The notes beneath the pieces are model-generated. The model did no database searches and was not told the origin of the DNA. It saw only the letters and a list, made by a program, of their open reading frames with translations. A program made the translations under genes and the position numbers. A DNA stretch of 64,000 bases from Candidatus Binataceae bacterium (GTDB lineage Bacteria > Desulfobacterota > Binatia > Binatales > Binataceae): the NCBI GenBank assembly GCA_035493515.1, contig DATJID010000007.1:55-64054 (forward strand), given 5' to 3'. Positions 1 to 8,623 of this stretch are shown here, in pieces. Every line of letters begins with the position of its first letter. Positions within the stretch are counted from its first letter, which is position 1.

Positions 1-298
1 CGTCGCCGCGCTCAAGCGGCGTCGGCGCGGTCACGCGCCGTCCATTTATATAGGTGCCGTTGGTCGAGCCGAGATCAGCCACATGCCATCGGCCGCCGCG
101 TCGCTCGAGCGCGGCATGGCGGCGCGAGGCGGTCGGCTCGTCCAGGAGCAGATCGTTGCCGGCCGCGGTCCCGACCGTGACGCGCGCTGAGCGCAATTCG
201 AGAATCCGCGACGCGGCGGCTCCCAGAGCGACCAGCCGCAGCGTTTCAGATGGGTCGGGAGAGTTGGGGCCGGGCACGTCGGCGCGTTTTTCGCTCAA
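1..298 (-). CDS. FHA domain-containing protein (N-terminal part; 3' end lies beyond window start)
   Basis: Hand translation of minus strand gives ...VTVGTAAGNDLLLDEPTASRRHAALERRGGRWHVADLGSTNGTYINGRRV..LERGD, the classic FHA signature (G..N..L.D..VSRRHA...W.V.DLGSTNGT.NG). Candidate TTG start at 296..298, immediately after the HDAC stop. Not in ORF track because it is open-ended. Confidence 0.6.
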   Translation of the reverse strand, partial: MSEKRADVPGPNSPDPSETLRLVALGAAASRILELRSARVTVGTAAGNDLLLDEPTASRRHAALERRGGRWHVADLGSTNGTYINGRRVTAPTPLERGD

Positions 299-300
299 CC

Positions 301-1341
301 CTAAAACTTCCAGTAGCGCGACAGGAAATATCGCGCGCGCTCGATTATAGGAATCACCCGCGCCCCGTCGTCGACGGGTGCGAGCGGCTCGTCGGCCTCG
401 CGCCCCAGTTCCTCGATCACGCTACGTCCCGAATCCGCGAGCGCCTGGAGATCGTAGCCGCCCTCCAGCGCCACGGCCAGCCGCCCCCCGCAGCACTCGG
501 CCGCCATCCGCTTGACGCGCCGCGCGAGCACGGCGAAGCCCCTCTCGGTAACCCGCATCCCGCCGAGCGGATCGCGAAAGTGCGCGTCGAAGCCCGACGA
601 AACGAGGATGAATTCTGGCCGATATTGCCGGACCAGCGGCGCCAGCAGATCGTCGAAGATGCGCAGATACTCATTGTCGCCGAAAGTCGCCGGCATCGGC
701 GCGTTGACGGTGTATCCGGCGCCGGTTCCATAACCGATTTCGTCGAGCGCGCCGGTGCCCGGGTAAAACGGATATTGATGGGTCGAAAAGTAGAGCACCT
801 CGGGCGTGTCGTAAAAGATGTCCTGGATGCCATTGCCGTGATGGACGTCCCAATCGATCACCAGCACTCGTTTGAGCCCGCGATGCCGGGTCAGATAGCG
901 CGCCGCGATCGCCACGTTGTTGAACAGGCAGAACCCCATCGCGCGCGTGGCGAGCGCATGATGGCCCGGCGGACGGACGATCGCGAACGCGTTGTCCGCC
1001 GCACCATCCATTACTGCTTCGGCCGCCGTCAGCACGCCGCCCGCCGCCAGCATCGCGGTTTGATAGGAGTCGGGGGAGGCGTGAGTGTCGGGGTCGAAAT
1101 CATAACGCGGCATCGAGGCGCTGCGTTTGACCTCGGCCACGTAGGCGGGGTCGTGACACAGTTCGACCTCGGCGATGCTCGCCTCGCGCGGACTAAGCGC
1201 GAGTAGGGCGTCGCGATGGAGCTGTTCGGCCATCTCGATCATCACCGCCGCGCGTTCGGGGCGTTCGGGATGGCTGCGGCCGGCGAAATGCTTCAAAAAA
1301 CGGCGGTCACTGATTAATGCGGTCCTGAGCATCGTTGACAC
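301..1341 (-). CDS. histone deacetylase / acetoin-utilisation (AcuC/Hda-like) family amidohydrolase
   Basis: 346-aa ORF with RPPGHHA, DWDVHHGNG and SSGFDAH motifs of the Zn-dependent HDAC superfamily. Confidence 0.9.
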   Translation of the reverse strand: MSTMLRTALISDRRFLKHFAGRSHPERPERAAVMIEMAEQLHRDALLALSPREASIAEVELCHDPAYVAEVKRSASMPRYDFDPDTHASPDSYQTAMLAAGGVLTAAEAVMDGAADNAFAIVRPPGHHALATRAMGFCLFNNVAIAARYLTRHRGLKRVLVIDWDVHHGNGIQDIFYDTPEVLYFSTHQYPFYPGTGALDEIGYGTGAGYTVNAPMPATFGDNEYLRIFDDLLAPLVRQYRPEFILVSSGFDAHFRDPLGGMRVTERGFAVLARRVKRMAAECCGGRLAVALEGGYDLQALADSGRSVIEELGREADEPLAPVDDGARVIPIIERARYFLSRYWKF

Positions 1342-1420
1342 TCCGAACTTCGATAACGATCATTAACTCAGACCCCGCGCCCTTGCGCTATGGGCCAAGA
1401 CCTCGGCGGACGGAATATCC

Positions 1421-2149
1421 TTGGGAATTTTTGAAATAATCCTGTTCCTGATAATCGCCTTGATCGTGATCCCGCCCGACGATCTGCCTCAGGTGATGCG
1501 CGCCGTGGGCAAAGTAATGCGCGAGTTGCGCCTGGCGAGCAACACCGTGATGCGCGAAATCTCAGGCGCCATCGGCGACGAGCCGTTCAATATTTTGCCC
1601 CCGCGCTTCGACGACCCGCATCCGCCCGCCCCGCCCGCGACACCGATGCCGCCCGCGCCCGCTTTTCTCGCACCGGAGCCTCAACCGCAACCGCCGGCTG
1701 AAACCGTACCGCCGACCGAGGCCGTAGCACCACCCGCCACAGCCGAGGCATCGCCCATCGACAGCCACGTCACTGCGGAACTTCCGGCCCAACATCGGTC
1801 GACGGCAGAACTTCACCTGCCTGCCGAACATGAGGTGCCCGGACCATCAGCGACATCATCGCTGATTTCTTTCGTCCCGGAGCTCGAGGCGCGCCCGCCC
1901 ACCGCAAGTATGTCGCCTGCCGAAACGGCCCCAGCGCCTCCCGCATCGGGTTCCGCGCCGGCCGCCGAGCCGCGGACTGGCGGGCAGCAGCCTCATGTGG
2001 TTACAGAACAGGCGGTGATGGCGCAGGCGACTTCAACCGAACCACCGCCGTCGGTGAGGGCCCAGCCGCCGGCTCGTCAACGCCGCCCCCGCAGTCCGAG
2101 GCAACCGAAGGTCCCCAAGGCCGCGGTGCCCCCGGACGACAACCAGTAA
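1421..2149 (+). CDS. tatB: Sec-independent (Tat) translocase component, TatB-like, with long Pro/Ala-rich C-terminal tail
   Basis: TTG start. N-terminus GIFEIILFLIIALIVIPPDDLPQVMRAVGKVMRELR matches the TatA/B TM helix + amphipathic helix. 242 aa length and position directly upstream of tatC favour TatB. Confidence 0.7.
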   Translation: MGIFEIILFLIIALIVIPPDDLPQVMRAVGKVMRELRLASNTVMREISGAIGDEPFNILPPRFDDPHPPAPPATPMPPAPAFLAPEPQPQPPAETVPPTEAVAPPATAEASPIDSHVTAELPAQHRSTAELHLPAEHEVPGPSATSSLISFVPELEARPPTASMSPAETAPAPPASGSAPAAEPRTGGQQPHVVTEQAVMAQATSTEPPPSVRAQPPARQRRPRSPRQPKVPKAAVPPDDNQ

Positions 2150-2164
2150 CCCGCGCCGCGCCAC

Positions 2165-2965
2165 GTGGCCATCCAGGAGTTTCCCGCCATTCCTCCCGCC
2201 GCGACGGAGGAGGTCCGCATGCCGCTGCTCGACCACGTGCGCGAGCTGCGCGGACGGCTGGTGCGGGCGGTGATCGCGATCGCGGTGGGATGCGCGCTCT
2301 CCTATATTTTCGCCGACCATCTTTTCGCCTGGCTGACGCTGCCCCTGCGCGAGGTCGGCGGAGGCAAGCTGCTGCTAATAGGCACCGGCGTGGGCGAGGC
2401 GTTTTTCACCAAGATCAAGGTCTCGCTGGTGGCCGGCGTGTTCCTTTCCAGTCCGGCGATATTTTACGAAGTGTGGAAGTTTATCGCGCCGGGCCTGTAT
2501 GAGTCGGAGCGGCGGATGGCGCTGCCGTTCGTCGTCAGCTCGAGCCTGTTCTTCGCCCTGGGCGGCTACTTCTGCTGGGCGGTGGTGTTCAAGGTCGGCT
2601 ACGCATTTTTCATCGCGCAGTACGCCTCGATCGGGGTTACGCCGACGATTCGTATCAGCGAATACCTGGCGTTCTCGGCCAAGCTGATGCTGGCGTTCGG
2701 GCTGACGTTCGAGATGCCGATTTTCGCGGTTTTCCTGACCCGGCTCGGACTCATCGACTACCGCATGATGCTGCAATATTTCCGCTACGCGGTGCTCGGC
2801 ATCTTCGTGGTCTCGGCGGCGCTGACCCCGCCCGACATGGTTTCGATTTTCCTGCTCGCCATTCCGCTGCTGCTGCTCTACCTGCTGAGCGTGGGCGTTT
2901 CCTACATGTTTCGCGCGCAGGCCAAGCTCAGCGATCCGGCGGCCGAACCTCCTGCCACGCCCTAA
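2165..2965 (+). CDS. tatC: twin-arginine translocase subunit TatC
   Basis: MPLLDHVRELRGRLVR N-terminal signature and multiple TM segments. True start may be the ATG 54 nt downstream (MPLLDH). Confidence 0.9.
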   Translation: MAIQEFPAIPPAATEEVRMPLLDHVRELRGRLVRAVIAIAVGCALSYIFADHLFAWLTLPLREVGGGKLLLIGTGVGEAFFTKIKVSLVAGVFLSSPAIFYEVWKFIAPGLYESERRMALPFVVSSSLFFALGGYFCWAVVFKVGYAFFIAQYASIGVTPTIRISEYLAFSAKLMLAFGLTFEMPIFAVFLTRLGLIDYRMMLQYFRYAVLGIFVVSAALTPPDMVSIFLLAIPLLLLYLLSVGVSYMFRAQAKLSDPAAEPPATP

Positions 2966-3011
2966 GCGCTCTCACCGCACACTGCACGCGCGTGCAAAGG
3001 AAAGCCCCCTG

Positions 3012-5411
3012 ATGGCCATCATCGAGAACGAACCGCGCGCCTCGGGCGGCCCCGGTATCGAGCCGCGCTGGACCCATAGCGCCAAGGACGTTGTCGGCAC
3101 CGCCTACTCCACCGCGAGTCCCATCTGGTTCACCGCCTCGGGCGGCGTGCTCAATGAAATCTACTATCCGACGATCGATCGGCCGCAAATCCGCGATCTG
3201 CAGTACCTGGTGACCGACGGCGAAACTTTTTTCCACGACGTCCATCGCAACCAGGACACTTCCATCGAGTACCTCGGCGATCGCGGCCTCGGCGTGCGCA
3301 TAATCAACGCCGACCGCGAGGGGCGCTACCGCGTGGTGATGGAGATCATCACGGACCCGCATCAGCCGTGCCTGCTGGTGGACACGCGGCTGGAAGGCGA
3401 GGCCGACCTGCTGCGCCGCCTGCGGCTGTTCGTGCTGCTCTCGCCGCATCTGAACGTCGGAGGCTGGGGCAACAGCGCCAACGTGGCGCGGATGGCCGGG
3501 TACGAGTTTCTGACCGCGCACAAGGACAATACCTGGCTGGCTCTGGGGGCCAACGTGCCGTTCGTGCGCCGCTCCTGCGGCTACGTCGGCAAGACCGACG
3601 GATGGCAGGACCTCAATCACAATTTCAAGCTCGACTGGCAGTTCGCCTCGGCGCCGGACGGCAACGTTGCGCTGACCGCGGAAATCGCCCTGCCCGAGGA
3701 CTACCGCTTCACCCTTGGCCTGGCTTTCGGCAACGGCCTGCATCGCGCGGTTACCTGTCTTTATCAGTCGCTCGGGGTGCCGTTCGCGCAGCACTCGGCG
3801 CGCTTCCTGGAGCAATGGAACCGCGCCTGCTTGCACATGTACCCGCTGGAGCGATGGACCGGCGACGGCGGCCATCTCTGCCACAGATCCCGCGAATTGC
3901 TGCTCGCGCACGAGGACAAGCGCTTCTCCGGCGCGCTCATCGCGTCACTGAGCATCCCGTGGGGCGAGGTCAAGGGCGACGAAGACCTCGGCGGCTATCA
4001 TCTGGTATGGACTCGCGACATGGTCAACAGCGCGACCGGGCTGCTCGCCGGCGGCGACCTTGCGACTCCGGTGCGCGCGCTCATCTACCTCGCGTGCTCG
4101 CAGCGGCCCGACGGCGGTTTCCCGCAGAATTTCTGGATCGACGGCACGCCCTACTGGCAGGGCATCCAGCTCGACGAAGTAGCCTTTCCGATCGTGCTGG
4201 CATACAGGCTGGTGCATGCCGGCGCGGCGATGGGTCTGGATCCGTACCCGATGGTGCTGGCGGCCGCGCGCTACCTGATTCACGAAGGCCCGGCCACGCC
4301 GCAAGAGCGATGGGAGGAGAATAGCGGCTACTCGCCCTCGACGCTCGCGAGCAATATCGCGGCGCTGGTTTGCGCGTCGAACCTGGCGCATGGGCGCGGC
4401 GACACGACGACGGCGCAGTTTCTGCTCGACTACGCCGATTTCCTCGAATCGCATATCGAACGCTGGACCGTAACCAACCAGGGCTTTCTGGTGCCGGGCA
4501 TCAAGCGCCACTACGTACGAATCAATCCCGCCGACTCCGCGCTCACGGTGCCCAATGACGATCCCGACCAGGGGTTGGTGCCGATCCGCAACCGCCCGCC
4601 CGGCGCGTCCTATCTATTTCCAGCGGCCGAAATTGTCGACGCGGGCTTCCTGGAACTGGTGCGCTACGGTATCCGCCGTCCCGGCGACCCGCTGGTCGAG
4701 GATTCGCTGCGGGTCGTGGACGCGGTGCTCAAGACCGATTTCCCGGCCGGGCCCTGCTGGAAGCGCTATACCCATGACGGCTACGGCCAGCGTGACGACG
4801 GCGGCCCGTTCGTGGGATGGGGCGTCGGGCGGCCGTGGCCGCTGTTGAGCGGCGAGCGCGGCCATTACGAATTCGCAGCGGGCCGCGATGTCATCCCATA
4901 CCTGCGCGCGATCGAAAACTTCGCCACTTCGACGCGGCTGTTGCCCGAGCAGGTCTGGGATGGGCCCGACCTGCCGGCGGCGCTGATGCATTTCGGCGGG
5001 CCGACCGGGGCTGCGATGCCCCTGATGTGGGCGCACGCGGAGTACCTGAAGCTTCTGCGCTCGGCCGCCGACGGCGTCATCTTCGATCTCATCCCCGAAG
5101 TCGCGCAACGCTACCGCGACGGGACGCCGCGCGGCCCAATCGAGGTTTGGAAGCACAACCGGCAAATCGAGTCGATCACCCTCCCGTGCAAGCTCCGCAT
5201 CCACAGCGGTGAGCCCTTCATGCTGCACTGGAGCAAGGACGAATGGCATCACGTCTTCGACAGCCATTCAACCCACACTGCGGTGGGACTCGATTTCGTC
5301 GATATCGAGGTCACCACCGCCGACCGCGCGCCCGTGCGCTTTACTTTCTATTGGAAGACGCGTGAGCAGTGGGAAGGCCGCAACTACGCAGTTGAATTGC
5401 GCGCGGGCTGA
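3012..5411 (+). CDS. glycoside hydrolase family 15 glucoamylase (glucan 1,4-alpha-glucosidase / glucodextranase-like)
   Basis: 799 aa. N-terminal GIEPRWTHSAKDVVGTAY beta-sandwich signature, then catalytic (alpha/alpha)6 motifs YHLVWTRDM and ERWEENSGYSPSTLA. Confidence 0.9.
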   Translation: MAIIENEPRASGGPGIEPRWTHSAKDVVGTAYSTASPIWFTASGGVLNEIYYPTIDRPQIRDLQYLVTDGETFFHDVHRNQDTSIEYLGDRGLGVRIINADREGRYRVVMEIITDPHQPCLLVDTRLEGEADLLRRLRLFVLLSPHLNVGGWGNSANVARMAGYEFLTAHKDNTWLALGANVPFVRRSCGYVGKTDGWQDLNHNFKLDWQFASAPDGNVALTAEIALPEDYRFTLGLAFGNGLHRAVTCLYQSLGVPFAQHSARFLEQWNRACLHMYPLERWTGDGGHLCHRSRELLLAHEDKRFSGALIASLSIPWGEVKGDEDLGGYHLVWTRDMVNSATGLLAGGDLATPVRALIYLACSQRPDGGFPQNFWIDGTPYWQGIQLDEVAFPIVLAYRLVHAGAAMGLDPYPMVLAAARYLIHEGPATPQERWEENSGYSPSTLASNIAALVCASNLAHGRGDTTTAQFLLDYADFLESHIERWTVTNQGFLVPGIKRHYVRINPADSALTVPNDDPDQGLVPIRNRPPGASYLFPAAEIVDAGFLELVRYGIRRPGDPLVEDSLRVVDAVLKTDFPAGPCWKRYTHDGYGQRDDGGPFVGWGVGRPWPLLSGERGHYEFAAGRDVIPYLRAIENFATSTRLLPEQVWDGPDLPAALMHFGGPTGAAMPLMWAHAEYLKLLRSAADGVIFDLIPEVAQRYRDGTPRGPIEVWKHNRQIESITLPCKLRIHSGEPFMLHWSKDEWHHVFDSHSTHTAVGLDFVDIEVTTADRAPVRFTFYWKTREQWEGRNYAVELRAG

Positions 5412-5455
5412 GTAAGCGGGACCGCGAATTCGATCGTCACGGCCGACTCCAAAGT

Positions 5456-6430
5456 TCAATTCCTCTGGACCGGACAGCCCGCCTTGTTCCAGCCTTCCAT
5501 CCCTCCGCGCAGAATGAATACTTGCTCGAAACCCGCTTTCGTAAGCACTGCCGCGGCGCTCGCCGAGCGCTGCTCGCTTCTTCAAACGGTTATCAGGGGC
5601 TTTCCCTTGAGCTCGGACAGCTCGCGAATTCTTCCCCGTAGCTCCGCGATCGGAATATTGATCGCGCCTGCGATATGGCCCAGCGGTCCTTGAAATTCAT
5701 CGGAGGCGCGCACGTCTAGCAGCACCGGCTCCGCGCCGCTCTGGAGCCGGCCTCTGAGGTTGCCCGCATCGATAAAGCGCGGACCCTTGAGCCGGCGCAC
5801 CAGCCGCGGCAGGAAAGCAACGGCCGCAAGCAACCCCAGGGCAAGCAGAGCCTTGCGGATTGCCCCGGCCTGCCCGGATGCGGCTTCGCGGCCCGCGTAA
5901 CCAAGGTAGGTAAACGCCAACGCCCCCGGAGCCATGAATATAAAGGATGCGAGTACATACTCAGCAAACCGAATTCGTGTCAGTCCGAACGCGTAATTGA
6001 CCAGATTGAACGGAAACAGCGGCACCAGTCGCACGAAGGCCACAAAGCGCCACCCTTCCTCCTCGACTCCCCGCATCAGCCGGGTCAGTCGTTCTCCCGC
6101 GCGCCTGGAAACCCAATCCGAGGCGAGGTAGCGGGCGATCGCGAAGGCGAGCGCGGCGCCCAGGGCCGCGCCGATAAGGTTCCACAGGGTTCCCCATACC
6201 GGGCCGAACAGAGCACCTCCGGCCACGGTCATTATTGATCCGGGTGCGAATGCGACGGTGCCCACGGCGTAGAGCAGAACGAACAGAATCGGCGCCAGTC
6301 GGCCGAAACGATGCAGTTCACGATTCAGGACCGAAGGCTCGAGCCAGCTTCGATGGAGCGCCAGGTAAGCAATCGCCGCGAGCAGCGCCGCAACGACGAT
6401 CAGACGCCCGACCATACTACGATGGTTCAT
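5456..6430 (-). CDS. TVP38/TMEM64 (DedA-superfamily) membrane protein fused to a C-terminal rhodanese domain; in-frame TGA (5582..5584) at the rhodanese active-site Cys position (candidate selenocysteine, or a nonsense lesion)
   Basis: Track ORF 5582..6478 carries the SNARE_assoc/TVP38 core (LLYAVGTVAFAPGSIMTVAGGALFGPVWGTLWNLIGAALGAALAFAIARYL) and the first half of a rhodanese domain (PVLLDVRASDEFQGPLGHIAGAINIP...GKPLITV). The same frame after the TGA reads RSEQRSASAAAVLTKAGFEQVFILRGGMEGWNKAGCPVQRN, then TGA at 5456..5458. This is the expected C(U)-R-S-x-x-R-S loop plus the rest of the fold. Start placed at ATG 6428..6430, which overlaps the upstream gene stop (ATGA). Confidence 0.6.
5550..5577 (-). 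promoter_or_regulatory. putative bacterial SECIS-like stem-loop downstream of the in-frame UGA
   Basis: mRNA nt 8-35 after the U of UGA: GC-GA-GCAGCGCUC-GGC-GAGCGCCGC-G-GC. By-eye pairing gives a 9-position upper stem with one A/C mismatch and an apical loop starting with GG 17 nt after UGA. Not computationally folded. Confidence 0.4.
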
Positions 6431-7209
6431 TGCGCACTCCTCCCTGCAATCGGGTATCCGCCCGCGGAGCCGCGCCATGGCTGCAGCAGCATCCGATCGA
6501 TCCGCAATTCGCGCACGTCGCGGAACTGCTCTATCCCGATGGCCATGCCGTCATGGCCGGCAGCGGGCTGGTCACGATAAGTTCCGAGCAGGCGATCCCA
6601 CCATGGCAGGTTGAAACCGAAATTGCTGTTGGTCTCCGTCACGACGATCGAGTGATGCACCCGGTGCATGTCTGGCGTTACCATCAGCCATCGAAGATAG
6701 CGATCGAACCAAACCGGGATGCGAAGATTACCATGGTTGAACATCGAAGTTGCATTCAGCAGGACTTCGAAGCTGAGTACGCCGAGCGCCGGCGCTCCCA
6801 GCGCCACCACCAGGCCGAACTTGAACAGCATCGAGAGCCCGATTTCGATCGGATGGAAGCGCGCGCCCGTAGTCACATCGAAATCCAGGTCGGTATGATG
6901 CATCCGATGCACCCGCCACAGGGCTGGCACCGCATGGAACATCACGTGCTGCAGATAGATGGCGAAGTCCAGGATCACCACGGACACGACCACCTCGACC
7001 CACGATGGGAACGGCAGGTTGTTGAACAGTCCCCAGCCTCGTTTCGCTCCAAGCACGGCCAGAGCTACGGCCGTGGTCGGGAGCACAACCCGAATGAGAG
7101 CCGTATTAAGAGCCACGATCGCGAGATTGCCCGGCCACCGCGTGAACCGGGAATACGCGCGGGGACGGCGCGGCGCCGCCGCTTCCGACAGCGCCATCGC
7201 GGCGAACAC
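6427..7209 (-). CDS. fatty acid hydroxylase / sterol desaturase superfamily membrane protein
   Basis: 260 aa with His boxes HVMFH, HRMHH and HRVHHS plus hydrophobic segments. Confidence 0.85.
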   Translation of the reverse strand: MFAAMALSEAAAPRRPRAYSRFTRWPGNLAIVALNTALIRVVLPTTAVALAVLGAKRGWGLFNNLPFPSWVEVVVSVVILDFAIYLQHVMFHAVPALWRVHRMHHTDLDFDVTTGARFHPIEIGLSMLFKFGLVVALGAPALGVLSFEVLLNATSMFNHGNLRIPVWFDRYLRWLMVTPDMHRVHHSIVVTETNSNFGFNLPWWDRLLGTYRDQPAAGHDGMAIGIEQFRDVRELRIDRMLLQPWRGSAGGYPIAGRSAQ

Positions 7210-7293
7210 CGTAAAAAAAGCCCCCAGTCTTATGGCCGCTTCGCCGATCGGACTCTTGACTCCAACGGATACAGGATTAGAACCTCGGACAGT

Positions 7294-7530
7294 TCAGGAT
7301 TCGATACGGCGAATCGAAAAGGCTGCGCTCAGCGAATCGAGCAGCGCATCGACGTCGGCCGCCGACCCGGCGTCGAAGCACAATCGCAGATAATGATGGC
7401 GCGGGTCCTCGGTGCGCATCGTGGCCAGGTTGTCGTACGATTCGACGATCGCCTTGAAACGCGCTATCGCGGCCGGCTCGATGGCCAGCAGCACGGATTG
7501 AAATGAAGCCTTGTTAGTCGATTCCGTCAT
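7294..7530 (-). CDS. small conserved hypothetical protein (possibly DUF4911-like)
   Basis: 78-aa ORF on the same strand as the downstream desaturase, with non-repetitive composition. Family assignment is from memory only. Confidence 0.4.
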   Translation of the reverse strand: MTESTNKASFQSVLLAIEPAAIARFKAIVESYDNLATMRTEDPRHHYLRLCFDAGSAADVDALLDSLSAAFSIRRIES

Positions 7531-7621
7531 ACGCAGATGGCAAACGCTCCGCCGCGCGACAAAGCTCCCGGGAGCGGTGAATTAATGGACCGCTGCTTCG
7601 CGCGGCTCTAGATTGTAGCTG

Positions 7622-8623
7622 ATGGCGCTCGCGCGGCTAATCCTGGTCACCGGCAAGGGCGGCACCGGCAAAAGTGCGGTGGCCGCGGCGCTTGCGCTCT
7701 CGCTGGCGCAACGGCGGCCCACGACACTGGTCGATCTGGACCAGCGGATGTGGGCGGCGCGGATGCTTGGGGTAGCGGCGCACGATGGTAACCAAGCCAG
7801 CTCGCGCCATGGCGCAGACGCGACCTCAAAGCTTGACCCGATCGCCGACCTGGAAACCATCTCGCTTAGCGCAAGCGCCGAGCTCGAAGCGTTCATCGAA
7901 AGGATAGTGCCAATTAAAGCCGTCGCGCGCCGGATGCTCCAGAGCCGCACCTTCGGCTACGTCAGTGCCGCGCTGCCGGGGTTGGAAGCGTTCCTGATGC
8001 TCGAGCGCCTGCGCATTATCGCCGGCCGGGCCGCGCTGGAGGACCGCTACGCAGTGGTCGATGCGCCGGCGACCGGCAGCGCGCTGGAACTGCTCGCGGT
8101 CCCCGGCGCGCTCAAGCGGCTTGCTCCGATCGGAACGCTCAACCGTCTCGCCGCCAACGTCGAAAGCTTCCTCGCCGACGCGACGCGCTTTGCCGTGATA
8201 CTGACGCTGACGCCGCAGGAGCTGGCGCTGCGCGAAGCGCTGGAGGCCTCCGACGTACTGCGCGGACGGCTCAACGTGAGCGTCGCGGCGGCGGCGCTCA
8301 ACTGCGTGCCGTCGGCGCTGTTCACCCGCAGTGACCTCGACGCGCTGGAGGCGCCGCCGGGGCATCCAGGATGCGCGCGCCTGGCGCAGTGGCGCGACGG
8401 CGCGGGACGCATCGCGGCGCGGATGCGCCGCGATGCGTCCCGCGCCGGGCTGGGCGTGGTCGAACTGCCGATGCTGTTCAGCCCGGCGCTCGGCCGGGCT
8501 GAACTCCAAGAGCTGAGCCGGGTGCTCGACGCGTGGCTGTTCCCGGCTCCGCCGGGAACAGCCCCGCGCCGGGCGGGAAAGCCGCCGCGCGCGGCAAGAC
8601 CGCGCGCGGCTAAATCACGATGA
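7622..8623 (+). CDS. ArsA/Get3-like P-loop ATPase (first of a pair)
   Basis: LILVTGKGGTGKSAVAAALALSLA deviant Walker A. Resembles the Rv3679-type partner of actinobacterial ArsA-like pairs (from memory). Confidence 0.8.
   Translation: MALARLILVTGKGGTGKSAVAAALALSLAQRRPTTLVDLDQRMWAARMLGVAAHDGNQASSRHGADATSKLDPIADLETISLSASAELEAFIERIVPIKAVARRMLQSRTFGYVSAALPGLEAFLMLERLRIIAGRAALEDRYAVVDAPATGSALELLAVPGALKRLAPIGTLNRLAANVESFLADATRFAVILTLTPQELALREALEASDVLRGRLNVSVAAAALNCVPSALFTRSDLDALEAPPGHPGCARLAQWRDGAGRIAARMRRDASRAGLGVVELPMLFSPALGRAELQELSRVLDAWLFPAPPGTAPRRAGKPPRAARPRAAKSR

Noticed and set aside
5582-5584. Possibility that TGA is generally reassigned (e.g. to Trp or Gly) in this organism.
   Set aside because: TGA terminates many well-defined genes here at the expected protein ends (glucoamylase 5409..5411, desaturase 6427..6429, sufT 31136..31138, the GlsB-like gene 51839..51841).
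5268-5585. 105-aa ORF (minus) immediately downstream of the TVP38-rhodanese ORF.
   Set aside because: It is the +1 frame shadow. The frame continuous with the upstream gene (after the TGA) encodes the missing rhodanese C-terminus, whereas this ORF's product (MKKRAALGERRGSAYESGF...) has no features.
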